A stretch of 41,723 nucleotides of DNA. Origin: Parcubacteria group bacterium GW2011_GWA2_38_13 (GTDB taxonomy: Bacteria; Patescibacteriota; Patescibacteriia; Buchananbacterales; GWA2-38-13). Made by a program: the position numbers and the translations under genes. Location: contig LBUD01000001.1 in assembly GCA_000992395.1 (NCBI GenBank), positions 1-41,723 of the forward strand. The letters are read 5' to 3'. Of the stretch, positions 18,300 to 26,637 are shown piece by piece. The notes under the pieces were generated by a model, which saw nothing but the letters and a program-made list of their open reading frames with translations, had not been told where the DNA came from and did no database searches. Position 1 is the stretch's first letter. Every line of letters starts with the position of its first letter.

Positions 18300-19326
18300 G
18301 ACTATCGGATACAAACACCCCGTCTTTATTATCGCTGAAGCTGGCGTTAACCATAACGGCCGGCTTGATCTCGCCCTTAATCTTGTAGATGCTGTTTCTG
18401 AAAGTGGCGCCGATGCTATTAAATTTCAAACATGGAAAGCGGAGCAATTAACGACAAAATCAGCAAAAATGGCGGCGTACCAAAAAAAGAATATGGGTGT
18501 TGAAAAGTCCCAATTTGACATGCTGAAAGGATTGGAACTCCGAGAGGATTTTTTCGAACCTATAATGAAGCGATGCCGTGAAAAAAATCTTATTTTTCTC
18601 TCCACTCCTCATGGCGGATTTGAAGCTGTGGATTTTTTAGAAAAATTAGATATTCCGGCTTATAAATTCGGCTCTGGCGACCTTACCAATATTCCGGTTT
18701 TGGAACACGCGGCGCGCTACCAAAGGCCCATGATAATTGGAACGGGAATGGCTAACATGGATGAGGTAAAAAATGCGATTGATTGTATTAAAAATCAAGG
18801 AAACAATGATATCATAGCTCTTCATTGTACGACAAATTATCCCTGCCCCCCAAACGAGATAAATCTCATGGCGCTAATAACGATGAAAAAAAAATTAGAT
18901 GTTTTGGTGGGATATTCCGACCATACACTTGGAATCCAGACCCCCATAATGTCTGCCACGCTTGGCGCCTGTGTTATAGAAAAACACATAACCCTGGATA
19001 GGGACATGCCGGGACCCGATCACTTGGCATCTACCGAGCCCGATGAATTCAAAAAAATGGTCGACGCATTAAGGCTTGTAAAAACCATTCTCGGCTCAAA
19101 CCAAAAAAAACCCAATCAAAGTGAAATCGCTATCATGGAAATAGCAAAAAAAAGCATTGTATCAACAAAAAATATAAAAAAGGGAGAGGTTTTTACAAAA
19201 AATAATATAGGCATTAAGCGTCCGGGAAACGGCATTGAGCCTAGGTTTTATTTTGATATACTCGGAAAAATATCGAAGACAGATGTGGCGGAAGATTCGT
19301 TAATTCAAAAAGAGCATTATGAATAA
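18259..19326 (+). CDS. neuB: NeuB-family nonulosonic acid synthase, copy 2 (with SAF domain)
   Basis: IIAEAGVNHNG, STPHG, HCTTNYPCP, GYSDHTLG, EKHIT, IKKGEVFT...IKRPGNG. Carries a ...MAAYQKKNMGVEKSQFDML... segment absent from copy 1. The start is 18259 or 18247; both overlap the neuA 3' end. Confidence 0.85.
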   Translation: MQKRLSKTIKIHNKTIGYKHPVFIIAEAGVNHNGRLDLALNLVDAVSESGADAIKFQTWKAEQLTTKSAKMAAYQKKNMGVEKSQFDMLKGLELREDFFEPIMKRCREKNLIFLSTPHGGFEAVDFLEKLDIPAYKFGSGDLTNIPVLEHAARYQRPMIIGTGMANMDEVKNAIDCIKNQGNNDIIALHCTTNYPCPPNEINLMALITMKKKLDVLVGYSDHTLGIQTPIMSATLGACVIEKHITLDRDMPGPDHLASTEPDEFKKMVDALRLVKTILGSNQKKPNQSEIAIMEIAKKSIVSTKNIKKGEVFTKNNIGIKRPGNGIEPRFYFDILGKISKTDVAEDSLIQKEHYE

Positions 19327-20461
19327 AAAGAAAAAAATATTAATTATTACCGGAAGCCGCGCGGAATACGGTTTGCTGAAACCTATCATAAAGGGACTCA
19401 TGAAAAACAAAAAAATAGAACCACATCTTTTGGTTACAGGAATGCATACCTTGAAAAAATTCGGCTTTTCGGTCAATGAAATAATACAAGATAAAATGCC
19501 AATAAAAGCTGTGGTAAAAATTTTAGAAAAAAACGATATGCTCATTTCTTTAACAAAGGAAATACTTGGCATACGAAAATGTTGCTCTTCATTAAAACCC
19601 GATCTCATTCTGGTTCTAGGAGACCGCGATGAGGCCTTTGCCGGTGCTATTGTGGGAGGTCATATGAGAATACCGGTTGCCCATATCCACGGGGGCGACG
19701 TGACTGGATTTGTCGTTGATGAATACATACGCCACTCAATAACAAAATTTTCCCACCTTCACTTTGCAGCCAGCAAAAAAAGCTTTGATCGTATCATAAG
19801 GCTCGGCGAGGAAAGGTGGAGGGTCTTTGTCTGCGGGGCTCCGGGGATAGATAGCATACGCCAAGGAAACTTTGCATCGAAAAATTCTATAGCAAAAAAA
19901 TTTGGATTTGATAAAAATAAAAAATGGCTTTTAATCATTCATCATCCCGCGCCTCTTGACCAAATAATATTTTTACGGCAGATAAGGCCGCTTCTTGAAT
20001 GCGTAAAAAACATAGATGCTGAAAAAATTATCATTTATCCAAATTCAGACACCGGCAGTAACATTTTTATAAAAGAAATACATACATGCAAAAAAAATAA
20101 TAATTTTCACATTTATAAAAATCTTCCAAAAAATGATTTTTTAAATATCATGAACAGCGCTGATGCGCTTTTAGGAAATTCAAGCGCCGGTATAATTGAA
20201 TCGGGATATTTTAATCTGCCGACCGTAAATATAGGAAATAGACAAAAAAACCGAGAAAGGGGGAGAAATGTTATAGATTCTGATTATAAAAAAAATACTA
20301 TAAAAAAAGCCATAGCAAGGGCACTTTCTCCCCAATTCAAAAAAAACTGCAAAAACATGAAAAGTCCGTATGGAAACGGCCACGCAAGCGAAAAAATCAT
20401 AAAAATTTTAGAAAAACACATTGATAATAAAAAATTATTCCTTAAAAAATTAACTTTTTAA
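19319..20461 (+). CDS. neuC: UDP-N-acetylhexosamine 2-epimerase (hydrolysing), copy 2
   Basis: HIHGGDVTGFVVDEYIRHSITKFSHLHFA and GNSSAGIIESGYFNLPTVNIG. Confidence 0.85.
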   Translation: MNKKKKILIITGSRAEYGLLKPIIKGLMKNKKIEPHLLVTGMHTLKKFGFSVNEIIQDKMPIKAVVKILEKNDMLISLTKEILGIRKCCSSLKPDLILVLGDRDEAFAGAIVGGHMRIPVAHIHGGDVTGFVVDEYIRHSITKFSHLHFAASKKSFDRIIRLGEERWRVFVCGAPGIDSIRQGNFASKNSIAKKFGFDKNKKWLLIIHHPAPLDQIIFLRQIRPLLECVKNIDAEKIIIYPNSDTGSNIFIKEIHTCKKNNNFHIYKNLPKNDFLNIMNSADALLGNSSAGIIESGYFNLPTVNIGNRQKNRERGRNVIDSDYKKNTIKKAIARALSPQFKKNCKNMKSPYGNGHASEKIIKILEKHIDNKKLFLKKLTF

Positions 20462-20468
20462 CTTACGT

Positions 20469-22223
20469 ATGAAAATACTCGGCATATGCCCTGAGGCCTG
20501 GATTTCGTCAGCGGCACTGATAGAAAATGGCAGAATAATCGCTGCGGCTCCCGAAGAAAGATTTAATAGGGAAAAAATGTCAAGGAAATTCCCTTTTTTG
20601 GCCATACAATATTGCCTCAAGGAAGCACAATGCGGTCTTGAAGATATAGATTACATAGCCGTTGGCTGGAACCCGGGAATACATATTCAGCTTTATAATT
20701 TTAGGTTTTCCGATGCAGCCCGCTGGCGTGCGGAATATTTATATTCAGTGCCAAATCACTTCATGAAACTTTTAAAAGATAAAAAAGTTAATTACGTGGA
20801 ACAATCTTTAATGCAAAAAAACCATGATTGTAAAATAATTTATGTGACACACCACCATGCCCACGCCGCCAATGCTTTTTTCCTGTCCCCGTTTAAAGAA
20901 GCGGCTATTTTAACAGCGGACGGAAGAGGAGAAGACGATACATGTCTGTATGCAACAGGAAAAGACAACAAAATTATGGATTTACAAACCATGGCCATCC
21001 CCCATTCTATCGGCCTCGTGTATTCAAGCGTTACGCAGTTTTTAGGATTCCGTCCGCATATTGATGAATGGAAAGTAATGGCGCTAGCATCGTATTACCC
21101 GAATGAAAATAAATATTACAAAATATTCAAACAAATAGTGATGCCAGCGCGCGACGGAAAAATTGAAATTGACTTACGATTTTTCAATTACTATCTCCAG
21201 GACAGAAGTGAATATTATACTCCTTCATTTGAAAATACTTTTGGAAAACCAAGGCTATCCCATGAAGAAATCACAGAAAAACACAAACAAATCGCCGCCG
21301 GGCTTCAGAGAATAAGCGAGGAAGCGCTTGCCTATATGCTTAATTGGCTTTACAAAAAAACAAAAATGGAAAATGTCGCTGTCAGCGGAGGCAGCTTCAT
21401 GAACTCCGTATTCAATGGAAAAATAAAAAAATTAACGCCTTTCAAAAATGTTTTCATATCCTCTTGCCCCGATGACAGCGGCGTGCCGATGGGAGCTGCA
21501 TTATATGTCTACAATCATATTCTTTCCAATACTTTGCGGAAGGAACAAACTCACAATTACTACGGGCCTGAATTCTCAAATACCGATATTGCCATAGCGC
21601 TAGACAAGGCAAAAATAAAAAAAGTTTTTACTCCGAACATAGCAAAATATGCGGCGAATCTCATCAGTAAAGGCAAGATAGTCGGCTGGTTTCAGGGGAA
21701 AATGGAATTCGGGCAAAGGGCGCTCGGAAACCGATCCATCTTAGCCGATCCGCGACTCAAAAATATGAAAGACAAATTAAATATTGCGATTAAGTATCGA
21801 GAATCGTTTCGGCCGTTTGCCCCATCCATACTTGAAGAAAAAAAAATGGAATACTTTGAGTGCGATGGAAACGATTCATCTCCTTTCATGGAAAAAGTCT
21901 TCCAGATAAAAAAAGAAAAGCAAAAAAAAATACCGGCAGTTACCCACGTTGATGGATCCGGTAGAATCCAAACGGTTGATAAAAAAACAAATCCCCTGTA
22001 TTATCAATTAATATCAGAATTTGAAAAAATAACCGGCGTTCCAATTGTCCTCAACACTTCTTTTAATTTAAACGGCGAACCGATAGTCTGCACACCCAAT
22101 GACGCCATAAGGACTTTTTTTTCCTGCGGCATGGATGCCCTTGTTATGGGAAACTATGTGCTTACCAAAAATATTATAAAAAATAAAAAATCGTTATTCA
22201 CTAAAACAATGGAAAAAAAATGA
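20469..22223 (+). CDS. Carbamoyltransferase (NodU/CmcH/TobZ family)
   Basis: N-terminal ILGI...SSAALIENGRIIAAAPEERFNREK, metal-site HHHAHAANAF, C-terminal YrdC/Kae1-like half. 584 aa. Confidence 0.85.
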   Translation: MKILGICPEAWISSAALIENGRIIAAAPEERFNREKMSRKFPFLAIQYCLKEAQCGLEDIDYIAVGWNPGIHIQLYNFRFSDAARWRAEYLYSVPNHFMKLLKDKKVNYVEQSLMQKNHDCKIIYVTHHHAHAANAFFLSPFKEAAILTADGRGEDDTCLYATGKDNKIMDLQTMAIPHSIGLVYSSVTQFLGFRPHIDEWKVMALASYYPNENKYYKIFKQIVMPARDGKIEIDLRFFNYYLQDRSEYYTPSFENTFGKPRLSHEEITEKHKQIAAGLQRISEEALAYMLNWLYKKTKMENVAVSGGSFMNSVFNGKIKKLTPFKNVFISSCPDDSGVPMGAALYVYNHILSNTLRKEQTHNYYGPEFSNTDIAIALDKAKIKKVFTPNIAKYAANLISKGKIVGWFQGKMEFGQRALGNRSILADPRLKNMKDKLNIAIKYRESFRPFAPSILEEKKMEYFECDGNDSSPFMEKVFQIKKEKQKKIPAVTHVDGSGRIQTVDKKTNPLYYQLISEFEKITGVPIVLNTSFNLNGEPIVCTPNDAIRTFFSCGMDALVMGNYVLTKNIIKNKKSLFTKTMEKK

Positions 22224-23194
22224 AAAATATCCTAATAATCGGAGCTGGACAAATCGGCTCACGACATCTTCAAGCGTTGAAAGCAGTGCGCACGAGCATT
22301 CAAATATTTGTCGTCGACCCCTCGCCTGAATCTCTAAAAACAGCTAAAAAAATGTATGAATTAACACGAATGGGCGAGAGTGAACATATGGTTCGCTTTT
22401 CAAATAAACTTCCTCATAATCCAGAGCAAATTGACGTGGCTATTATCGCCACGAACTCTGATGTGCGAAGAGAAGCCTGTGAAACTCTGCTGGAAAGAAC
22501 CGATGTTCGCCATCTTATATTTGAAAAAATACTATTTAATCATAAAAAAGATTATGATGAGATTGGTCTATCTCTCAGAAAACATAAAACAAAAGCTTAT
22601 GTCAATTTTAACATGAGAATGCATCCCATGTACTCCTCGATTAAAGATGAGCTTGGCGATGATAAAATTTTTTATCATGTTTCTGGTGGAAATTTTGGCC
22701 TTGTGACCAATGCCATCCATTACCTTGACCATCTCGCGCTTCTTGCTCATTGCCGAGATTTTACCATTAACACAAATCTCCTCGACCACAACCCGATACC
22801 CAGCAAGAGAAAAGGATTTTTAGAATTTACAGGAACAATTGAAGCAAAACTGAAAAACGGCAGTCAGATGCTCGTTACCTCTTATGAAACCGGCGGGGCT
22901 CCTTGCCAAATAATAATCTTTAATAAAAATATGCGCATCATATCAAGAGAAAATGAGGGAAAATTTTGGATAGCAAAAAAAGAAAATTCATGGTCCTGGC
23001 AGGAAATATTGAGCCCTTGGCCATATCAAAGTGAAATGACCACGCACCTGGTTGAAAGACTGCTTCATAAAGGAGAATGCTCATTGCCAACATATCAAGA
23101 GTCAATAAAAATCCACCTGCAAATGCTTGAACCGCTGTTAGAACATCTGAACCGATTTTCAAAAAAAAAGTATAATTACTATCCCTTTACATAA
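22220..23194 (+). CDS. Gfo/Idh/MocA-family NAD(P)-dependent oxidoreductase
   Basis: N-terminal Rossmann ILIIGAGQIGSRHLQAL; EKILF motif. ATGA overlap with the carbamoyltransferase gene. Confidence 0.7.
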   Translation: MKNILIIGAGQIGSRHLQALKAVRTSIQIFVVDPSPESLKTAKKMYELTRMGESEHMVRFSNKLPHNPEQIDVAIIATNSDVRREACETLLERTDVRHLIFEKILFNHKKDYDEIGLSLRKHKTKAYVNFNMRMHPMYSSIKDELGDDKIFYHVSGGNFGLVTNAIHYLDHLALLAHCRDFTINTNLLDHNPIPSKRKGFLEFTGTIEAKLKNGSQMLVTSYETGGAPCQIIIFNKNMRIISRENEGKFWIAKKENSWSWQEILSPWPYQSEMTTHLVERLLHKGECSLPTYQESIKIHLQMLEPLLEHLNRFSKKKYNYYPFT

Positions 23195-23270
23195 TAATTA
23201 ATACTTGTAATTCTTAATTTCTGCTGATTCAAAATCCTATTATTCAAAATTTAGAATTAAAAAAATTGAT

Positions 23271-24209
23271 ATGTCCGAAAAAATTCTATTAGTCGGTGCT
23301 GGTCCAATTGCTCAAGAATACGCCAAAGTACTACAAGCGCTTCATGCGCCGCTTATTGTTGTTGGCAGGGGCAAGGAATCGGCTAAAAAATTTTTTGCTA
23401 ATACCGGATTTCAAGCTGAAATTGGCGGCGTCAAACTTTGGCTGCAAAAAAATAATCCGCCCGCAAAAGCAATTATTGCTGTTGGCGAAAAAGAGCTTGG
23501 AGAAACGGCCCGGCTCCTTATTCAATCAGGCGTGAAAGAGATTCTTGTTGAAAAACCCGGCGGATTTATTGCTGATGACATACGGAAAGTTGGTAAGCTT
23601 TCCGGTGAAAAAAAGGCTAAAGTGTATATCGCTTATAATCGCCGCTTCTATTCATCCGTGCAAAAAGCGATAGAAATAATAAATGAAAATGGAGGAGCGT
23701 TGTCATTTCATTTTGAATTTACCGAATGGATACATAAAATACCAGCAACAAAAAAAACAGCCGGAATAATCCACGAATGGTTTTTGGCAAACTCTACACA
23801 TGTCATTGATCTGGCTTTTTTCCTTTGCGGTAAGCCAAAAAAACTCACCGGCTATGCGTTAGCGGGCTTTCCTTGGCACAATGGCAGCTCTATTTTTACC
23901 GGCGCAGGTGTTACTGAAAAAAATGCGTTATTCTCCTACCACGCAAACTGGGAATCGGCGGGCCGATGGGGTATCGAAATTTTGACCGCTAAAAACCGCC
24001 TTTACTTGCGTCCGCTTGAGAAACTTTCCATACAAAATATCGAGGAAATTGATACTGCGAATGTAATAATCGACGATACGCTAGATATAAAATTCAAGCC
24101 CGGATATTATTTACAAGTCAAATCTTTTCTCGAAGATAAAAAAAATCTTCCCGATATCCAAGAACAAATACATATGCTTGCATGGTATGAAAAAATTAAC
24201 CAAGCCTGA
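23271..24209 (+). CDS. Gfo/Idh/MocA-like oxidoreductase (paralogous fold)
   Basis: ILLVGAGPIAQEYAKVL; ILVEKPG; YNRRF, typical of the family. Confidence 0.65.
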   Translation: MSEKILLVGAGPIAQEYAKVLQALHAPLIVVGRGKESAKKFFANTGFQAEIGGVKLWLQKNNPPAKAIIAVGEKELGETARLLIQSGVKEILVEKPGGFIADDIRKVGKLSGEKKAKVYIAYNRRFYSSVQKAIEIINENGGALSFHFEFTEWIHKIPATKKTAGIIHEWFLANSTHVIDLAFFLCGKPKKLTGYALAGFPWHNGSSIFTGAGVTEKNALFSYHANWESAGRWGIEILTAKNRLYLRPLEKLSIQNIEEIDTANVIIDDTLDIKFKPGYYLQVKSFLEDKKNLPDIQEQIHMLAWYEKINQA

Positions 24210-24219
24210 TTAAATATAT

Positions 24220-25110
24220 ATGATAATAATAAAACAGCTCAAATATATCCAAAATTATATTTATCAAAATATTCTTTTACCAAGAATATTGAATATAAAA
24301 CATAAAAATATTTTGTTAAAAAATTTGGAGTTTAAAAATGTTAAAAAAAATAAACGCTGTTTTATTATTGGCGGGGGTCCGTCTATAAATGAAATCAATC
24401 TTTCGCTTTTAAAAAATGAGGAAACATTTTGCATGAATGAGCTTGATCAGCACCCAATGTATAAGGAAATTCAGCCAAAATATCACAGTTTGATTGATAC
24501 CGCCTATTTTACCCAGCCGCTGGATTATTTTCATACCCAGCAATTCTTGAAAAAAACAAACTCCATATCGCCTGCAACTAAAATATTTATCAATATCAAG
24601 GCGAAAGAATTCATTGAACAACACAAAATGTTCACGGGTCATTGCCTCTATTATATAAGCATGCAGGGGATCATGAATGATAAGTTTGATTTTAATATTG
24701 ATATTGAAAAAACAATCCCCTTCCCCAAAAATTCCGCGCTTCTATGTTTATTGCTCGCAGTATATATGGGATATTCTAAAATCTATTTACTTGGCTGCGA
24801 GCATAATTTTTTATCAGTACATATTGCCGCTGACAAATCTCTCAGCTATGGCTGGGCTTACAAAGATGCGAGAGATGATCTTGACACCTCAAACCCCGAA
24901 GTAGTAAAAAAATATCTTGACGAAAGGCACACACACGCTAGCTACGAGTTGCAAATATCACGCGCCAAACAACTTTTCAAAAATTACCGGCTATTTTATA
25001 ATAAAGTGCAAAAACTCTATCCTTGCATAAAAATCTATAATGCCACGCCAAATAGCTTTTTGGATGTTTTCCCCACCATAAAATTTGACGATATAAAATT
25101 TCCTAAATAA
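24220..25110 (+). CDS. Candidate nonulosonic-acid (sialyl-type) transferase, GT42 / DUF115 (Maf)-like
   Basis: Three motifs resemble Campylobacter Cst-II as I remember it. CFIIGGGPSINEINLSLL matches IIAGNGPSLKEIDYSRL. ETFCMNE matches DVFRCNQ. AVYMGYSKIYLLGCEHNF matches AIALGYKEIYLSGIDFYQ. This is a from-memory comparison and needs an HMM or structure check. Confidence 0.45.
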   Translation: MIIIKQLKYIQNYIYQNILLPRILNIKHKNILLKNLEFKNVKKNKRCFIIGGGPSINEINLSLLKNEETFCMNELDQHPMYKEIQPKYHSLIDTAYFTQPLDYFHTQQFLKKTNSISPATKIFINIKAKEFIEQHKMFTGHCLYYISMQGIMNDKFDFNIDIEKTIPFPKNSALLCLLLAVYMGYSKIYLLGCEHNFLSVHIAADKSLSYGWAYKDARDDLDTSNPEVVKKYLDERHTHASYELQISRAKQLFKNYRLFYNKVQKLYPCIKIYNATPNSFLDVFPTIKFDDIKFPK

Positions 25111-25115
25111 TATTT

Positions 25116-25769
25116 ATGCTTAAAATCCTAAAAAAAATTAGAAAAAGAATCATGGAAGAGGGTCTATTTCAGACAGTAAAAAAAGCTCCTCATTTGATTC
25201 GTGTAAAAATAAAATCCATTATAAAAGATAAAAAGCCTACATTTTTTTCACGGTGGGGCGTGAGTTCTAGAAAATGGAAAAAAATTCAATTAAAACATGA
25301 ATTAAATTTCTGGAAAAACCCCCTGCAATTCCAATCGTTGGATGGATACCCAAATTTCCGAGAAAAATTATTTACAATAACGAAAAATCTCTTCTCAAAT
25401 GTTATTTTGGATTTTCCGGGCGGAAAAGTGCTTGATATCGGATGCGGGCCCGAGCTTGGATTTCTGCCATACGTGAATGCAAAATATAAAATAGGCATAG
25501 AGCCCCTGGCAGAGGAGTTACGCCAATTCTATAACTATGATGACGATATTTTACTTATTACATCCTCATGCGAACAATTGCCATTCTGTAAGGAAAATAT
25601 TGATGCCATTTACTGTACTAATGCCTTGGATCATATGCGGCGACCATATAAAGCATTGAACGAAATGTATCGGGTGCTTAAACATCATGGATATTTCGCG
25701 TTTTCTGTTGATATTGGAGGGACAAAAAAGCATCCCGTTAAAATAATGGAAAAAGATTTACGAAAATGA
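25116..25769 (+). CDS. Class I SAM-dependent methyltransferase (apparently truncated by an in-frame TGA; see findings)
   Basis: SAM motif I VLDIGCGPELG; IDAIYCTNALDHM; LKHHGYFAFSV. The in-frame sequence after the TGA continues as a plausible C-terminus up to 25874. Confidence 0.75.
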   Translation: MLKILKKIRKRIMEEGLFQTVKKAPHLIRVKIKSIIKDKKPTFFSRWGVSSRKWKKIQLKHELNFWKNPLQFQSLDGYPNFREKLFTITKNLFSNVILDFPGGKVLDIGCGPELGFLPYVNAKYKIGIEPLAEELRQFYNYDDDILLITSSCEQLPFCKENIDAIYCTNALDHMRRPYKALNEMYRVLKHHGYFAFSVDIGGTKKHPVKIMEKDLRK

Positions 25770-25895
25770 TTTCAGGGCCATCCATTTGATATTATACAAG
25801 AGGTTTGCACAACAGAAGTAGGTCATGGCTGGATTAATGTGCCCTTATATATTTTTCAAGGATATAAAAATTGAATTTCCTTCAAAGTAACATAT

Positions 25896-26636
25896 ATGAA
25901 CGAAACAAATTTTACAGACAAAAAATTTTGGAGCGAATATTATAAAGACTTTAAGCCGCAGATAATAGGAAAAATTTATTTCCATGATATTTTTGATAAA
26001 TATTTGACTCCGGATTTTTCCAAAACTGTAATTGAAATAGGCTGCGCCGGCGGTAATTATCTCTGCTATCTTGCAAAAAATTTTAATTTCCAACCATATG
26101 GTATAGATTACTCCGACGAGATAGCTAAGACCTATGCCACCTTCGAAGCCAACCGCCTTTTACCTCCAACTCTATTTAGAGAGGATATTTTTACCTGGGA
26201 AACGACCAAAAAATTTGATGTTGTATGTTCTATTGGTTTCATCGAGCATTTTGAAAACATTCATTCTGTTATAAAAAAACACGTTGATCTCTTGTCCCCC
26301 GGGGGAATGTTGATAGTATCCATGCCACACTTTGCCCACGCCCAATATATTTTTCACTGGCTGATAGACCGTGAAAATCTCAAAAAACATAATACTAAAA
26401 TTATGAATTTATCGTCACTCAAAAAATCACTTTCCGGTTTACAGATAAAGATTATCCACCTCTCATACTATAGAACATTCGGTTTTTGGACAGAAAGAAA
26501 AAATATGCAACGCTGGGAAAAAAGTATTCAATATGGGATAAATTTTTTCGGAAGAATATTAGTAAAAATTTTAGGATGGAATAAACCCAATTTTCTTTTT
26601 TCTCCGCACATTATATGCATAGCCAAAAAAATATAA
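25896..26636 (+). CDS. Class I SAM-dependent methyltransferase
   Basis: VIEIGCAGGNYLCYL (motif I); FDVVCSIGFIEHF; LSPGGMLIVSMP. Confidence 0.75.
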   Translation: MNETNFTDKKFWSEYYKDFKPQIIGKIYFHDIFDKYLTPDFSKTVIEIGCAGGNYLCYLAKNFNFQPYGIDYSDEIAKTYATFEANRLLPPTLFREDIFTWETTKKFDVVCSIGFIEHFENIHSVIKKHVDLLSPGGMLIVSMPHFAHAQYIFHWLIDRENLKKHNTKIMNLSSLKKSLSGLQIKIIHLSYYRTFGFWTERKNMQRWEKSIQYGINFFGRILVKILGWNKPNFLFSPHIICIAKKI

Positions 26637-26637
26637 T

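Noticed and set aside
15170-19326. Apparent GC-rich island covering rSAM3 to neuB2. Hand counts of single 60-nt rows give 32-34 G+C at rows 15241, 15361, 15541 and 15901, against 19 at row 13501 and 15 at row 4381.
   Set aside because: I cannot compute a proper sliding window. The conserved soluble enzymes elsewhere (hisF, amidinotransferase) also read about 42-43% by the same hand counts, and the AT-richest rows are in membrane or linker regions. This probably reflects amino-acid composition rather than horizontal transfer.
23195-23270. The 76-nt gap with a repeated TTCAAAAT (twice) as a possible internal promoter or operator.
   Set aside because: No convincing -35/-10 pair and no dyad symmetry. 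The short AT-rich repeats are expected by chance in this composition.
25767-25769. Genome-wide UGA reassignment (code 4 or code 25, as in Mycoplasma or Gracilibacteria/Absconditabacteria) as the explanation for the in-frame TGA.
   Set aside because: About 42 genes give full-length, motif-complete proteins under the standard code with only this one candidate internal TGA. TGA sits at the ATGA-coupled gene ends (1018-1020, 4895-4897, 22221-22223). Trp is written TGG at every position I read in the DNA (for example 4808-4850 and 25830-25832). A local mutation or read-through is more parsimonious.
26296-26305. Perfect 10-nt palindrome CCCCCGGGGG in an AT-rich background.
   Set aside because: It encodes the conserved LSPGGML motif of the methyltransferase (Pro-Gly-Gly codons). 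A similar GGGGG run encodes KPGGT in another methyltransferase (30506-30511). It is a coding coincidence rather than a site.
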